Shown here piece by piece: positions 17,768 to 27,560 of a stretch of 64,000 nucleotides of DNA. The stretch lies in contig CBDETY010000003.1 of assembly GCA_965243025.1 (NCBI GenBank), forward strand, positions 3,072,001 through 3,136,000, in the 5' to 3' direction. The translations under genes and the position numbers were made by a program. Numbering within the stretch: position 1 is the stretch's first letter; every line of letters begins with the position of its first letter. The stretch is from Candidatus Latescibacterota bacterium. GTDB taxonomy: Bacteria; Latescibacterota; UBA2968; UBA8231. The notes below the pieces were generated by a model. That model was not told the origin of the DNA, ran no database searches, and saw only the letters and a program-made list of their open reading frames with translations.

Positions 17768-20380
17768 TCAGAAAGAGACGGTCGCGGTCACCGAAACCGT
17801 GCGCGGAGCCCCCAGCCAGGCGGCATTCTCGGTGATGGCGGACAGGTAAGCCTCGTCGAGCGGATTGTTCGCCACGATCGAGAACTCCGCCGAGCGGAGG
17901 TGATCGCTCAACGCACCGCCCGAGAAACTGACGTAGGCGTCCAGCAGCCAGTAGGCGTCCGTGTCCCAGTCCGCCGCCAGACTGACGCGCCGCGGCGACG
18001 TGTACTTGGCGGACAGCCCGCCGGCGAGCCGTCCGCTGCGGTCGAGGGAGAGGACCCACAGCCGCCCCGGTACGCCGGCGACGTCGGTCCCCGCCACGAT
18101 GCCCTGTTCCTCGTCGACGAGGGGATCCCCGGTGCCGATGTATTTCGAGTCGTTGAACGTGACCGCGGTGTAGAACGAGGTCCGATGGGGCAACGGCACC
18201 GTGGCCGACAGCTCGACACCGCTGGTTTCGATACCGCCGGCGTTGAAGTAGGCTCCGCCACCGGGGATCAGGTAGTTGGGGCCGGCGGTGGTCTGCGGGC
18301 CGAGGTAGAAGATGCGGTTCTGGAAATCGATGGAGTACAAGGCGGCGCTCAGCGCCACCCGTTGGCCGACGTACTGCAGCCCCACGTCGATGTTCGAGGC
18401 GGTCTCGGGTTCGAGGAGGTCCAGGCTCCTGCCGGGGACTTCGAGCAGCGTGCTGCTGATCGCCTTGAAGTTCTCGGCGTAACCGGCGAACAGGTCGAGC
18501 CCCTCCACCGGCGTCTCGTACGTGACGCCCCCTGAGAAGAGCAGATCCGAGTCGGAATCGACTGTCAGCTCCGGGCCGACATCGAACTTGTCCTCGCGCG
18601 ACACGCCGATCCGTAACTGCTTGACGCCGGCGCTCAGGGCCAGCGGGCCGGCGTACAGCGTCTCTTCCAGGTACAACTTGAAGACGTCTTGCGGGAAGTC
18701 CCACTCGTACTGGTGCCAGTAGGCCCGCTCGTCCCACTTGAAGCTGAGCTCCGGATCGAGCATCCGGTGCCAGTCCCGGCCCAAATCGCGCCGCGAGCCC
18801 TCGTACCATATCCCGGCGCGCAAGGCGCTGCCCGCCCCGCCGATGAACGCGGACCACTCCCCGTCGAGGGTTACGCCGAGGCGGTCCTTCCCGTAGTGGC
18901 TGTGGCGGTACGACTGCACGGCCGTGGCCCCCGGGTGGCAGGCCGGGTGGACCTCCGGGCCGCCAGAGCCGTAGTAGTTGTGGATGTAGGAGGACTCGCA
19001 GTCGGGCTCCGGTCCGACTGCAACCCCGTTTCCGTCCACGAAGCGAACCACCCCGAGCTGTTCGCCGCCCCGCACCGGCGGCAGGCCGGCCAACTCCGAC
19101 TCGGGGCCGCCCCCGTCGTCGACCACGTCCACGATGTAAGGGGGCAGCCAGTCGCCGCGGCCCCGGTTGCGGTGGTAGTAGACGCCGGCGCTCAAGTCGA
19201 TGAGCCCGCTCAACGGCCAGTCCGCCTCGAGGTAGGCGAGCGTGTTGGTGCGCCGGGTCTGCCATCCGGGCCGGTAGAACTGGTTCAGGTACGGCACGCC
19301 GGGCCAGTCGCCGACCAGCCGGTCCCAGCGCGGGTTCGCCCGGAAGTTGGCCTCGCTGTAGAGCCGCTGGTAGGTGTCCTCGTGGATATCGTCGAACGAG
19401 AGGTAGCCGGTGAGGCCGATGCCACCGCGCGACGAAACCATCTTGGCGGCGATGTGTTCCCGCTCGTTCCTGGCCGAGCCCTCCACCCAGTCGGTCCCCT
19501 CCTGCCGGACCGCGGCGATCCAGGCGCGCGTCTCACCGCCGAACAGCGGTCCGGTGTCGACCCGCATCGAGAACCGCTGCCCCTCGTTTTCCCCGAGGGT
19601 GGTCGAGGCGGTCCAGGTCCGCTCCGCCGCCGGATCGTCCGTCCGGTAGTCGAAGGTGCCGCCCAGCGCCTCGACCGACCGGGAGGCAATGTCGGCCGTC
19701 CCCTGCGACACCTCGACGCCTCCGAGGTTCATCGGGTCGACGAAGCGGTTCGCCTTGGCGCCGCTGAAGTAGTCGGAGGTGCCGTTGGGAAAGCCGTCGA
19801 CGGTCGTGCCGATCTGCGCCTCGCTGATGGTCACCTGGAAGCCGCGCACGACGACGTTGTTCGACCAGTCGTCGAACCCGTACGCGTCCCCCTCCTGGAC
19901 CGATACCCCGGGAAGGTTGTCCACCACGGCCGCGACGCTGGTGATTTTCGACTGCTGCCGGATCATCGGCGCCGGAACGACGTTGCGCGCGAAGGTCCGG
20001 GGTTCGTCGGCGACCACGCTGAGCGTATCGAGCAGCAGCGGGACCTCCAGAACGAGCGGGACGGTTTGGGTGGCCCCAGCGGTGACCGAGACCCGGCGCT
20101 CGACCGGATCGAATCCCGGCAGGGTCGCCGTCACGAGATAGTCGCCGGGGGCAAGGCCGGTGAACCCGTAGGAGCCGGCGGCGTCCGTCACGCTTTCCCC
20201 GCGCGCGCCGGAACCGGTCGCCGTCACCAGGACGCCGGGCAGGGAGAAGCCGTTCTCGTCGACGACCGTGCCCTCGATTTTTCCGGTTGTCTGGGCGGTT
20301 GCGGGGGCCGCCGCCGACACCAGGGCGGCGAGGATTCCGAGAAGGGCGGGGGTGAGTGCTCGCGGTATTGCGGTCTTCAT
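17768..20380 (-). CDS. TonB-dependent receptor with N-terminal carboxypeptidase-regulatory-like domain
   Basis: Signal peptide, plug 'LPGVSV...VVVRGF', 'LEPETA', C-terminal 'GAPRTVSVTATVSF'. Confidence 0.92.
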   Translation of the reverse strand: MKTAIPRALTPALLGILAALVSAAAPATAQTTGKIEGTVVDENGFSLPGVLVTATGSGARGESVTDAAGSYGFTGLAPGDYLVTATLPGFDPVERRVSVTAGATQTVPLVLEVPLLLDTLSVVADEPRTFARNVVPAPMIRQQSKITSVAAVVDNLPGVSVQEGDAYGFDDWSNNVVVRGFQVTISEAQIGTTVDGFPNGTSDYFSGAKANRFVDPMNLGGVEVSQGTADIASRSVEALGGTFDYRTDDPAAERTWTASTTLGENEGQRFSMRVDTGPLFGGETRAWIAAVRQEGTDWVEGSARNEREHIAAKMVSSRGGIGLTGYLSFDDIHEDTYQRLYSEANFRANPRWDRLVGDWPGVPYLNQFYRPGWQTRRTNTLAYLEADWPLSGLIDLSAGVYYHRNRGRGDWLPPYIVDVVDDGGGPESELAGLPPVRGGEQLGVVRFVDGNGVAVGPEPDCESSYIHNYYGSGGPEVHPACHPGATAVQSYRHSHYGKDRLGVTLDGEWSAFIGGAGSALRAGIWYEGSRRDLGRDWHRMLDPELSFKWDERAYWHQYEWDFPQDVFKLYLEETLYAGPLALSAGVKQLRIGVSREDKFDVGPELTVDSDSDLLFSGGVTYETPVEGLDLFAGYAENFKAISSTLLEVPGRSLDLLEPETASNIDVGLQYVGQRVALSAALYSIDFQNRIFYLGPQTTAGPNYLIPGGGAYFNAGGIETSGVELSATVPLPHRTSFYTAVTFNDSKYIGTGDPLVDEEQGIVAGTDVAGVPGRLWVLSLDRSGRLAGGLSAKYTSPRRVSLAADWDTDAYWLLDAYVSFSGGALSDHLRSAEFSIVANNPLDEAYLSAITENAAWLGAPRTVSVTATVSF

Positions 20381-20386
20381 CTCACT

Positions 20387-20464
20387 GTTTCCTCCCTTGA
20401 TGTTCCGGATTCCGGAACAAGGACAGGGAAACCGTCACGAAGGTCGATACGACCCATTATACCA
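20387..20464 (-). promoter_or_regulatory. Extended -10 promoter and RBS-occluding 5'UTR hairpin of the TonB receptor
   Basis: TGGTATAAT at 20456-20464 (minus); hairpin 20387-20432 pairs over the GGGAGG SD. Confidence 0.45.
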
Positions 20465-20478
20465 CCAAAAATAAAGTT

Positions 20479-22080
20479 TTACTTCCCGACGAACCGCGCC
20501 CGGATCTCCCGGCTTTCCCGGTAACCGATGCGGATGGCGCGCGCCCGCAACTCGTGGTTTCCCGATGACAGACGGATCGGTTCGGTGTAGAGCCGCCACC
20601 GCGGACTGTCCCCCGTGTCGCGGGTATAGGCGATGGAGGCTCCCTGCGTGGCACAGTGAAGCTGAACCAGCATGGGGCCTGCGAAGGTCCCCCCCTCCGG
20701 GGCCGGTTCGATCCCCGGGCTTTCGGGGCTGATCGGCACGCAAACCACCGGGGCGGTTTCGGGCTGCCGGCCGTCCGGATACCAGCTCCGGACCATTTCG
20801 CTCTCCGGTATGCGGCCCATGTCCCCCACCTCCTCCAGCCAGCCGTCGAGCGCGCAACGCATGCGCTGCAACTCGTCCCGCCACCGGGGATCGGCCGCCA
20901 GGTTGTGGATCTCGTGGGGGTCGGCCTCCGTGTCGTACAGCTCTTCGACCGGTCTCGGATACCGGAACAGCGCCGACTGCGCCTCGTCCAGCGCTCCCTC
21001 CAGGTGCAGCCGCCACAGCTCCTGGACGATGGGATGCCGGTTGCGGTAGGGAATCCAGCCAAGGTAAGGAAGGTCCGGCCGGTAGTTCCGGATGTACTTG
21101 AAGCGGCGGTCCCGAACGGCGCGGACCATGTCGTAGGACTCGTCGTGGCGGTCCCTGCTGGCATGGACGAAATCGCGCGGGGGGCAAGCCTGGTCTCCCA
21201 GGAACGCGCGGCCCTGGAGGTGGCGCGGGATCCCGACTCCGGCAAGGGAAAGCACGGTGGGCCCGAGATCTACCGTGCTTACCAGCTCATCCCGTACCTC
21301 CCCCGGTGCCAGACCCGGTCCCCGAACGATCAGTGGGACGTGGATGCCGGCGTCGTAGGGCCAGCGTTTGCCCCGCGGCAGGGGACCGTGATCGCTCCAG
21401 TTGAATACCCAGGTGTTCCCCGCCAGCCCGTCCTCTTCCAGCTGGCGAAGGAGCGCCCCGAACTCCCGGTCGTTGTGAGCGATGTGGGTGTACATGCGCG
21501 CCATGGCCTCCCGCACCGCCGGCGTGTCCGGGAGATAGGGCGGCGGTTGGATGTCGCCGGGATCGAACTCCGGTGAAGGACACCTTTCCGGCCAGGCCCC
21601 GCTCTCGTGGCTGCGCACGAGGTTGAACACCGCGAAGAACGGCTGTTCCGGATCGGGGCGGTGGCGCCAGTGGGCGTGCGGTCCGAGCTCGTCCCAAGCC
21701 GTCACCGGCGGCTCGAACTGGTAGTCGGTCTTTGCGTTGTTAGTGCAGTAGTAGCCGGCGGCGCGCAGATATTCGGTGAAGCACTTGACGTAGTGGGGAA
21801 CCACCGCCGAGTAAGGCGTGGGCATCTCCGGGGCGGCGGGATGGACGTGCGTGGTCCGCATGTGGTGCGTGCCGATGGAGACGGCGTACATCCCGGTGAT
21901 GATCGCCGAGCGCGCCGGCGCGCATACCCCCGCCGTGGAGAAACAGTTGGTCCACCGCCACCCCTGAGCCGCGAAGCGGTCGATGTTCGGCGTACGCGCT
22001 ACCGGATCGCCGTAGCAACCGTAGAACGGACCGGTGTCCTCGAACGAAATCCAGAGAATGTTCGGGGGTTGGGATGGCAC
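20479..22080 (-). CDS. Sulfatase with C-terminal Fn3-associated/chitobiase-like domain
   Basis: 'PNILWISFED', formylglycine motif 'CAPARS', 'SDHG', 'EELYD..ADPHE', tail 'ATQGASIAYT'. Confidence 0.92.
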   Translation of the reverse strand: MPSQPPNILWISFEDTGPFYGCYGDPVARTPNIDRFAAQGWRWTNCFSTAGVCAPARSAIITGMYAVSIGTHHMRTTHVHPAAPEMPTPYSAVVPHYVKCFTEYLRAAGYYCTNNAKTDYQFEPPVTAWDELGPHAHWRHRPDPEQPFFAVFNLVRSHESGAWPERCPSPEFDPGDIQPPPYLPDTPAVREAMARMYTHIAHNDREFGALLRQLEEDGLAGNTWVFNWSDHGPLPRGKRWPYDAGIHVPLIVRGPGLAPGEVRDELVSTVDLGPTVLSLAGVGIPRHLQGRAFLGDQACPPRDFVHASRDRHDESYDMVRAVRDRRFKYIRNYRPDLPYLGWIPYRNRHPIVQELWRLHLEGALDEAQSALFRYPRPVEELYDTEADPHEIHNLAADPRWRDELQRMRCALDGWLEEVGDMGRIPESEMVRSWYPDGRQPETAPVVCVPISPESPGIEPAPEGGTFAGPMLVQLHCATQGASIAYTRDTGDSPRWRLYTEPIRLSSGNHELRARAIRIGYRESREIRARFVGK

Positions 22081-22577
22081 GGTGACCTCGGTTCACAGTG
22101 CAGGTCAGTCCTTGCGGGGGCTGCGCGGACCCTTCATTTCTTCGTGCTGTGCCCCAATATCCCCCGCTGCCATCAGTTTGCCAAATACATCCGTAAGGGC
22201 CTGGACAGACTCTGAAGTGCCCTGGGATTCGAATCACCCATGCGCTGACAGCCTGCGGAAAGGGTGGCGGTGGATATCCCGGATTTCCAACGGCTTGTCA
22301 GCCACTGCGGGGAGGAGCCGTGGAACGCGATTGCCGGGTGCATGCTCCTTTCGCGCAAAGTTGGCTTCGAGTTATAAGATCTCCTGAGGAAAGGGCCTGC
22401 AGCTGGTCCCTCCGCACCGCCTGGTCAGGATCGCGGCACTTCGGGCTTTCCCACCAGACTGCAGGCCCTTTCCTCAACATTTCCCCGTTCCGCGCCACCA
22501 CCCCGGAAACCGGTTTCTCTTCCTTTCCCGGGACGATTCACAAAGGATTTTTTCCGGTTGCCCCGGCCTCTCCCGGA

Positions 22578-24050
22578 TCAGGATAACTCCTCGGCCCCGA
22601 ACCTCTCGGCCATCCCCAGGGTTTCGCGCACGTCGTCCCAGGTGGTGGTGTGGTTGAGAATGCACATCCTGAGGGAGAACGTCCCCCGGAGCAGGGTCGA
22701 CGATATGAAGGCGCGGTCATTCCAGAAGATCTTGGCGAGCACGGTCCGGTTGACCTGTTCCAAGGATTCCTCGCCGACCGGAGTTCCGTCGGGGTTGATG
22801 CGAAAACAGACGATTCCCAGCGAGGCCGGAGTCAGGAGTTCCAGGGTCCGGCTCTCGCGGACGTACTCTTCGGCCCGGATGGCCAGCTCCATCCCCTTGG
22901 AAACCGCCCGCCGGAAGGCCGCCATTCCGAAGGTCTGGACCGACATCCAAACCTTCAGGGCGCGAAAGGAGCGGCTCAGTTGCAGGCCGCGGTCCGAGAC
23001 GTTGGGGTGGTTCGCACCCCACACCGTGTCCTGAAGGATGTCGTGGTGAACGCCGAAAGCCTTTTCGAGGGTACGTGCCTCCTTCACCAGCAGGCAGCCG
23101 GCCTCGTACGGTTGAAAGAACCATTTATGAGCGTCCAGCCCGATCGAATCGGCGCGCTCGATTCCGCCTAACAGCCTGTGGCCTTCCTCGGTCACCGCGG
23201 CGAAACCTCCGTACGCCGCGTCGACGTGCAGCCAGATCCCTTCGGCTTCGCAGAAGTCGGCCATCTCCCCGAGCGGATCGATGGCCCCGGTGCTTGCCGC
23301 CCCGGCGTTGGCGCATATCGCAATGGGCTCGAAACCCGCGGTCCGGTCCTCGGTCACGGCGCGCGCGAGTCGGTCCAGATCCATGCGGAATCGTTCATCG
23401 CAGGGAATCAGGCGCAGGCAATCCTGACGCACCCCGATGATCCGGGCGGCTCGTACATGAGCGCTGTGGCTCTGGTCGCTCATGTACACCGTTGGGCGCC
23501 CCGGATGTCCGGCGGATTCCCGGGCGGCGACGAAAGCGTCGAGGCTGGCCGCCGAGCCCCCGCTCGTGAACAGCCCCCCGGCGCTTTCCGGGTAGCCGAG
23601 CCAGCGTCGCACCCAGTCGATGACGACCAGCTCGAGATGAGTGGGGCCGCTCGCCACCAGCCAGGTGCAGGCGTTGATGTTGTACCCGGCCGCCATGAAG
23701 TCGGCCAGCACCCCGGGCCAGGTCGGCTCCGAGGGAATGAAGCCGAAGCAGCGGGGGTGGTCATTCCGCAACGCCAGCGGGAGAATCTCGCGGGCGGCCT
23801 GCTCGATGACCTCCTTGGGAGGCCGGCCCTCTTCGGGCGGGTCCTGCTCCAGCCGCGCCTCGAGCACCTGCCGGAATTCCCCGTCCCACGCGGTTTCTCC
23901 CGGCAGGCTCTCGATCCGCTCTACCACGAGGGCGGCTGCCTTGCGAGCGAGATCGAGCATGACCTCGGGGGCCATCCGGAGGCCGTCCAGGTTCATCGCC
24001 GGAGGGCGAGGTGGATGACGTTCCCGTTTCTCCCCTGTTGGTCCTGACAT
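22578..24050 (-). CDS. PLP-dependent group II (aromatic amino acid-like) decarboxylase
   Basis: 'FTSGGS', 'WLHVDAAYGG', PLP Lys in 'DAHKW', 'GLQLSRSFRALK'. Confidence 0.92.
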   Translation of the reverse strand: MSGPTGEKRERHPPRPPAMNLDGLRMAPEVMLDLARKAAALVVERIESLPGETAWDGEFRQVLEARLEQDPPEEGRPPKEVIEQAAREILPLALRNDHPRCFGFIPSEPTWPGVLADFMAAGYNINACTWLVASGPTHLELVVIDWVRRWLGYPESAGGLFTSGGSAASLDAFVAARESAGHPGRPTVYMSDQSHSAHVRAARIIGVRQDCLRLIPCDERFRMDLDRLARAVTEDRTAGFEPIAICANAGAASTGAIDPLGEMADFCEAEGIWLHVDAAYGGFAAVTEEGHRLLGGIERADSIGLDAHKWFFQPYEAGCLLVKEARTLEKAFGVHHDILQDTVWGANHPNVSDRGLQLSRSFRALKVWMSVQTFGMAAFRRAVSKGMELAIRAEEYVRESRTLELLTPASLGIVCFRINPDGTPVGEESLEQVNRTVLAKIFWNDRAFISSTLLRGTFSLRMCILNHTTTWDDVRETLGMAERFGAEELS

Positions 24051-24068
24051 GCTTATGCCCGGTTTTTG

Positions 24069-24100
24069 GTCATCGTTTTTCGTTAGTCATCGTTTTTCGT
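24069..24100. repeat. 15-bp direct repeat upstream of the decarboxylase
   Basis: gtcatcgtttttcgt at 24069-24083 and 24086-24100. Confidence 0.6.
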
Positions 24101-24123
24101 CCCGGGACGGTTCACGAGGGATT

Positions 24124-24411
24124 TTACCGTCTGGTTAATTGCGTTCCTATGGCAAACACCCCCAATCCTGTGAAGGAAAGCCCAACCAGTTTTTTAGCGC
24201 CCCCGTGCAGTTCTTCCAACCCCAGAAAACAGGCAACCAGAACGAAACCACACCAGATCCAACAAGTGATTCCGCATGCCAGAAAACCAACACGCCAATA
24301 CGTAAATCCTTTAAATCGAGGTCTGGTTTTCAGGTAGATCGTCAGTCCGGTCAAAATTATGATTGCCCCAACGAACTGCGAGAAGACTGCTAAAACCAGA
24401 ACAATCGCCAA
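24124..24411 (-). CDS. Small hypothetical membrane protein
   Basis: Three hydrophobic segments; low GC. Confidence 0.5.
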   Translation of the reverse strand: MAIVLVLAVFSQFVGAIIILTGLTIYLKTRPRFKGFTYWRVGFLACGITCWIWCGFVLVACFLGLEELHGGAKKLVGLSFTGLGVFAIGTQLTRR

Positions 24412-25077
24412 ACTTGTCTCTGCTTCCGCGGGAAAAAGACGGTGATGGCAGGCTACCGGGGGGAAGGATCCCCCCCCGAGGGAACCAGGGGGATCAGATT
24501 GAAATACCTGGTTACCCTCGATACTTCATCCTCTCGCCCCCGGTAGCGCCAGGTTCGGGCTGCCGGGAGGTTCCTGGCCTGCAGGCCGGCCGCCGACACA
24601 CAAGACAGAACCGGCCTGCAGGACCATGACCCCGTTACCCCCCGGCAGCCATCTGGGGGATCCTGTACAGCCACGGGTCTCCCCATACCGTTCGTGGCCA
24701 CCACTCTCCGGGACGGACGGTCGGGCCTGCTTGCGGCTGCCTGGCCTCTTCCTGGGCGGCCGGAGCCGCTCGGGAGATTTCCCTGTCGTGATCCTCCATC
24801 CGGGGATCGGCGCCCTCGCCGTTCAGGCGTATCGTGGATGTCATTACAGTTGCGTCCTTTTTCGAGCGACCCCACCTGCTGAGAATATTGTATTTACTTT
24901 ACTGAAAATTGCATGACTTTAGTGTGAATTAGTCACCGACTAAGGCGATCATTACGTGAATTTTCAGAATAGGCAGGCGAAGTCTGTTACAGGCCCGCCT
25001 TCCGGATCCTCAAGCGGCCGGTCCGGCTGTCTCCCCGGAAGGAAAGGCGCGCTCGCCTGAAGGAAGGAGGACGTACG

Positions 25078-27444
25078 ATGAACAGTGCCCGGGACCCGAA
25101 GTCAGAGAAGAATCCGCGGGAGCTGATGTCCCGCCTGAGCACGGCCATGCTTCGCATCAGCGCCAGCCTCGACCTCGATACCGTCCTGCGCGAAATCATG
25201 GAGACCGCCCGCGACCTGACCGGCGCCGGCTACGGGGGCATCACAACCATCGACGAGGCGGGGGCTCCCCAGGACTTCGTCACCTCCGGTCTCACGGAGG
25301 AGGAGCACCGTCAGTTGGCGGAGTGGCCCGACGGCCCGCGGCTCTTCGAGCACTTCCGCGACTTGCCCGGAGTGCTGAGGTTGTCGGACGTGAGCGCGTT
25401 TGTGCGCTCCCTTGGCTTTTCCATGGACTCCCTGCCGATCAGGAACTCCAAGACCTTTCAGGGCACGCCGATGCGCCATCAGGGTGTGCACGTCGGCAAC
25501 TTCTATCTCGTCGACAAGCAGGGCGGCCGGGAATTCACCAGCGAGGACGAAGAAGTCCTGGTTCTGTTCGCTTCACAGGCCGGGACGGCGATCGCCAACG
25601 CGCGCACCTACCGGGCCGAGCAGCAGGCCCGCGCCAACCTCGAGGCCCTGGTCGAAACCTCCCCGGTGGGCGTGGTGGTCTTTGATGCGCGAACCGGCCA
25701 TGCCGGGTCGTTCAATCGCGAGATGAAGCGGATCCTGGAAAGCCTGCGCACACCCGGCCGGCCACTGGAGGATTTGCTCGGGCTGATCACCTGCCGCCGC
25801 GCTGACGGAAGCGAGATCGCCCTCGACCGATTCCCGCTCTCCGGGGTGTTGAGCACCGCCGAGGCGGCGCGCGCCGAGGAAATCGTGCTCTCCATCCCCG
25901 ACGGCCGGTGTGTCTCGACGCTGATGAACGCCACCCCGATCCACGCCGGGGACGGCACGGTCGCCTCGGTGGTCGTCACCCTGCAGGACCTGGCGCCGCT
26001 GGAGGAGCAGGAGCGCATGCGGGCCGAGTTCCTTGGCCTGGTCAGCCATGAGCTGCGCACACCGCTGACCTCCATCAAGGGTTCGACCGCCGCGGTGCTC
26101 GGCGCCTCGCGGCCCTTCGACCCGGCCGAGATCCAGCAGTTCTTCCGCATCATCGACCAGCAGGCCGATCACATGAGCGGTCTGATCAGCGACCTGCTGG
26201 ATGTGGGGCGCATCGACACGGGCACGCTTTCGGTCGCCCCGGAGCCTTCCGAGGTGGGCCCGGTGGTGGATCAAGCGAGAAACACGTTCCTCAGCGGCGG
26301 CGGCCGACACACCGTCTTCATCGACCTGCCGCCCGACCTGCCCCGGGTCATGGCCGACCGGGGGCGCATCGGCCAGGTGCTGAACAATCTCTTCTCCAAC
26401 GCCGCCCGGTACGCCCCGGAGTCCTCGCCCATCCGGGTCGCCGCCGAGCGCGACGGGGTGCATGTGGCGGTCTCGGTGTCCGACGAAGGCGCCGGCCTTC
26501 CGCCGGAGCGGCTGGCGCAGCTGTTTCGGAAGTATTCCAGGGCCGCGGATGGGGACCGGGAGACCGGGACAGGAGGTTCCGGCCTCGGCCTGGCCATCTG
26601 CAAGGGACTGGTGGAGGCGCACGGAGGCCGCATCCGGGCAACCAGCGGGGGGGTCGGCCAGGGCTCGAGGTTCACCTTCACCCTTCCGGTCACCGAGGAG
26701 GCCGGGGGCGACTCCGCCACCGATTCTGCTCTCCGGGGGCCAGGGCCGCTTCGGCAGGGGCGGGACAAGGCGCGCATCCTCGTGGTGGACGACGATCCGC
26801 AGACCTTGCGCTACGTTCGAGACACCCTCTCAGATGCAGGCTTCGACCCCCTGGTCACCGGGGATCCTGAAAACCTGTCGAGCATCCTTCGCATCGAAAA
26901 ACCCGAGTTGGTCCTGCTCGACCTGATGTTGCCCGAGACGGACGGCATCGAGCTGATGGACCGCGTACCCGAACTGGCCGATCGGCCGGTCATCTTCATC
27001 TCGGCTTATGGAAGGGACGAAACCATTGCCAGGGCGCTGGAAACCGGGGCCGCCGACTACCTTGTCAAGCCCTTCTCGCCGACGGAGCTGACGGCGAGGA
27101 TCCGGGCCGTGCTGCGCAGGCAGGCGGAACCGGAACCCTTCCTGCTGGGGGAGTTGGCAATCGACTACGACCGGCGACGGGTGACCATGGCCGGCATCCC
27201 GGTGGACCTGACGGCCACCGAGTACGAGTTGCTGCGGGTCCTCTCGCTCAACGCGGGACGGGTTTCCTCCTACGAGGACCTGCTCCGCCGCGTCTGGAGC
27301 GGGAAGGGCTACCGGGACCCGAAACTCGTGCGGGCTTTCATAAAAAAACTCCGACGAAAACTGGGGGACGACGCAGCCAGGCCGGCTTACATCCGGACCG
27401 AGCGCGGGGTCGGGTACCGCATGGGCACACCGGGAGTTTCCTGA
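25078..27444 (+). CDS. Hybrid sensor kinase fused to an OmpR-type regulator (GAF-PAS-HisKA-HATPase-REC-wHTH)
   Basis: GGAGG RBS; 'SHELRTPL', 'NLFSNA', 'GSGLGLAI', 'ILVVDDD', 'LLDLMLP', 'YIRTERGVGY'. Confidence 0.92.
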   Translation: MNSARDPKSEKNPRELMSRLSTAMLRISASLDLDTVLREIMETARDLTGAGYGGITTIDEAGAPQDFVTSGLTEEEHRQLAEWPDGPRLFEHFRDLPGVLRLSDVSAFVRSLGFSMDSLPIRNSKTFQGTPMRHQGVHVGNFYLVDKQGGREFTSEDEEVLVLFASQAGTAIANARTYRAEQQARANLEALVETSPVGVVVFDARTGHAGSFNREMKRILESLRTPGRPLEDLLGLITCRRADGSEIALDRFPLSGVLSTAEAARAEEIVLSIPDGRCVSTLMNATPIHAGDGTVASVVVTLQDLAPLEEQERMRAEFLGLVSHELRTPLTSIKGSTAAVLGASRPFDPAEIQQFFRIIDQQADHMSGLISDLLDVGRIDTGTLSVAPEPSEVGPVVDQARNTFLSGGGRHTVFIDLPPDLPRVMADRGRIGQVLNNLFSNAARYAPESSPIRVAAERDGVHVAVSVSDEGAGLPPERLAQLFRKYSRAADGDRETGTGGSGLGLAICKGLVEAHGGRIRATSGGVGQGSRFTFTLPVTEEAGGDSATDSALRGPGPLRQGRDKARILVVDDDPQTLRYVRDTLSDAGFDPLVTGDPENLSSILRIEKPELVLLDLMLPETDGIELMDRVPELADRPVIFISAYGRDETIARALETGAADYLVKPFSPTELTARIRAVLRRQAEPEPFLLGELAIDYDRRRVTMAGIPVDLTATEYELLRVLSLNAGRVSSYEDLLRRVWSGKGYRDPKLVRAFIKKLRRKLGDDAARPAYIRTERGVGYRMGTPGVS

Positions 27445-27560
27445 AGGCGTCCATTCCGTTGCTGCCGCTGCTTCGGACTTTTCATTCCTACGTGCTGTGC
27501 ACCAGTATCCCCGACATCCTCCCTGGAGCTCGCCTGACATAGGGCCTTGGTTATAACCGC

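Noticed and set aside
24635-24844. 69-aa minus-strand ORF with a possible RBS
   Set aside because: No recognisable motif, so coding status cannot be supported
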